A DNA stretch of 64,000 nucleotides from Podarcis bocagei (lineage: Eukaryota), in the NCBI GenBank assembly GCA_964188305.1, contig OZ076888.1. The stretch is one strand, 5' to 3'. The notes under the pieces are model-generated. The model made no database searches and was not told the origin of the DNA. It saw only the letters and a program-made list of their open reading frames with translations. The translations under genes were made by a program, and so were the position numbers. Within the stretch, counting starts at the first letter, position 1. The number at the start of each line of letters is the position of its first letter. Shown in pieces: positions 62,432-64,000 of the stretch.

Positions 62432-63659
62432 ATTCACTTTTGAAAGTAGATGTGTACTTCAGAGTCTGATCTTTCTTTATTCCTCTGAAGAGCCTTTCAT
62501 GGACTTGCAGATTGTGACTTCAGCTATTTTTTAACAAATCAAATAAAACTGTTGACTAACACTTCTGCATTCATACCAGAAATCTCTCATTTCCTGGATT
62601 GAAGTTAAATGTCACTACAGAATTGCAGACGTGTTCCAGAGCAAACACTTGTTTCTATAGTGACATTCAGAGAAAGAAAGAAAACAATTTAAATTACATT
62701 TCATTTAATAGAAATCTAATGAACACATGCCGCTACCACCACCACAAAAGCTGATCTGTTTATTAGGCTTGTTCTTTGTGGGGCAGGGGGATCAATGTCT
62801 AAACTACAGCTTTAAATTGCTTTAACAATCATTTCCTCTCCCCAGTGTATCCTTGAACCTCTAGTTGTTGTGAACTTTGGATGGTTTGTAGTGGCCCACC
62901 AACATTTCAGTCACATGAGAACAAATGCCCACAACTGAAGCAACAAGAAGTCAGCATGGGCTAAGGTAGAGACTTTTTCTCACACACTGAATGGCTCTGT
63001 CTCATGACTCCCTTGAGTGTGTGTTGTAACTTGAGGAAAAATGCAGAGTGAGATTCTGAGAAGCTTTATCACCACAATCAGAAGCAATTACTTGGCTGCC
63101 GTTAACCACTTGGCGTGCAATTTTTGCCATCTGAGTGGCTTCCCTGAATATACAAGGACTTTCCTTTAAACGTCTCTGATTGGATTCTTCCTATCCATCA
63201 TGAGGCAGCTTTCAAAACTCTCAAAGGAGTGGGTGTGGGTCTCACAATTAATTGTGTTGCAACAGGCCAATGCTTAAGGGCAAACTCAGTCCTATGATAA
63301 GGAACCAGCAGGAAGCAGCCCTAAACTGACACCAACTCACTAAACAGCCTAGCATCTTATGAGAAGCAGACTACAGTTACCAGAATAACACACTGGTTCA
63401 AATTGTTTTTAATCACATAAAATGTATTTTTATATATAACAAGAGATAGACACAGGAAAGGGACAAGGGAAATGCATTTTTTCTAAGGCTTCACAGCACT
63501 TGTTTTAACATAATGCAAAACGTTACAGACTAATAACCAAAGCATAACTGACCCCCAAGAGATGACCGGTGCTTCATTTCAAGCAAAAACCAAGTAACTG
63601 CTCTCAGCTTGCTCTGTCGGTAAGAACAGCACATAAATAAACTTGATTTTCACTTCCTT

Positions 63660-63800
63660 TGTAAGAATGTAAGAGCTCTGTTGAATCTGGCGAATGACCC
63701 ATCTAGTCCAGCATTCTGTTCTCACAATGGCCAACCCAGATGCCCAAAAGTAGGACTTGAGCACAACACCCCACTTTCCACCTCTGATTCCCAGGAACTG
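63660..63800 (-). mobile_element. CR1-like 3' fragment; forward relative at ~23990-24087
   Basis: TAAGAATGTAAGAG...CCCATCTAGTCCAGCATTCTGTTCTCACA..GGCCAACC pattern. Confidence 0.6.
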
Positions 63801-64000
63801 GTGGTATTCAGAGGCATTTTGCTGCCAACAGTAGAGGTCACATTCGTATATGGAGTCTGTAATATTAAAAAAAGTTTTATTATTCATTTTCTCTCCTCCT
63901 TAATTGTTGTTGTTAGTTCACTGTTTTAATAAACAATATATATATATGTGATGTGTTTCCCCCCCAAAACCAGCTTCAAAACAAAGTGAAAAAATAAATT

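Overview
Vertebrate genomic DNA from a squamate reptile, probably a lacertid lizard (inferred from Sauria-type SINEs and the MITE families present). Two genes sit head-to-head on a shared CpG-island promoter (~32.5-34.0 kb). GLUD1 is on the minus strand with all 13 coding exons (33145 to 264; 1680 nt, 559 aa, all introns GT-AG). SHLD2/FAM35A is on the plus strand with 8 coding exons (47590-62096; 2607 nt, 868 aa) and non-coding 5' exons that I can only propose. The introns hold many transposon relics: TA-flanked Tc1/mariner-pogo MITEs, hAT MITEs with 8-bp TSDs, two Sauria SINEs with 14-bp TSDs, L1/L2/CR1/Rex fragments and solo LTRs. The most unusual signals are: (i) three divergent solo LTRs sharing a reading frame that opens at LTR nucleotide 2 and encodes an acidic-then-basic peptide; (ii) a decayed hammerhead ribozyme in GLUD1 intron 9; (iii) a palindromic MITE placing twin ZNF143/THAP11-type motifs at the edge of the bidirectional promoter. 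Comparisons to human and bovine proteins are from memory, not from an alignment.
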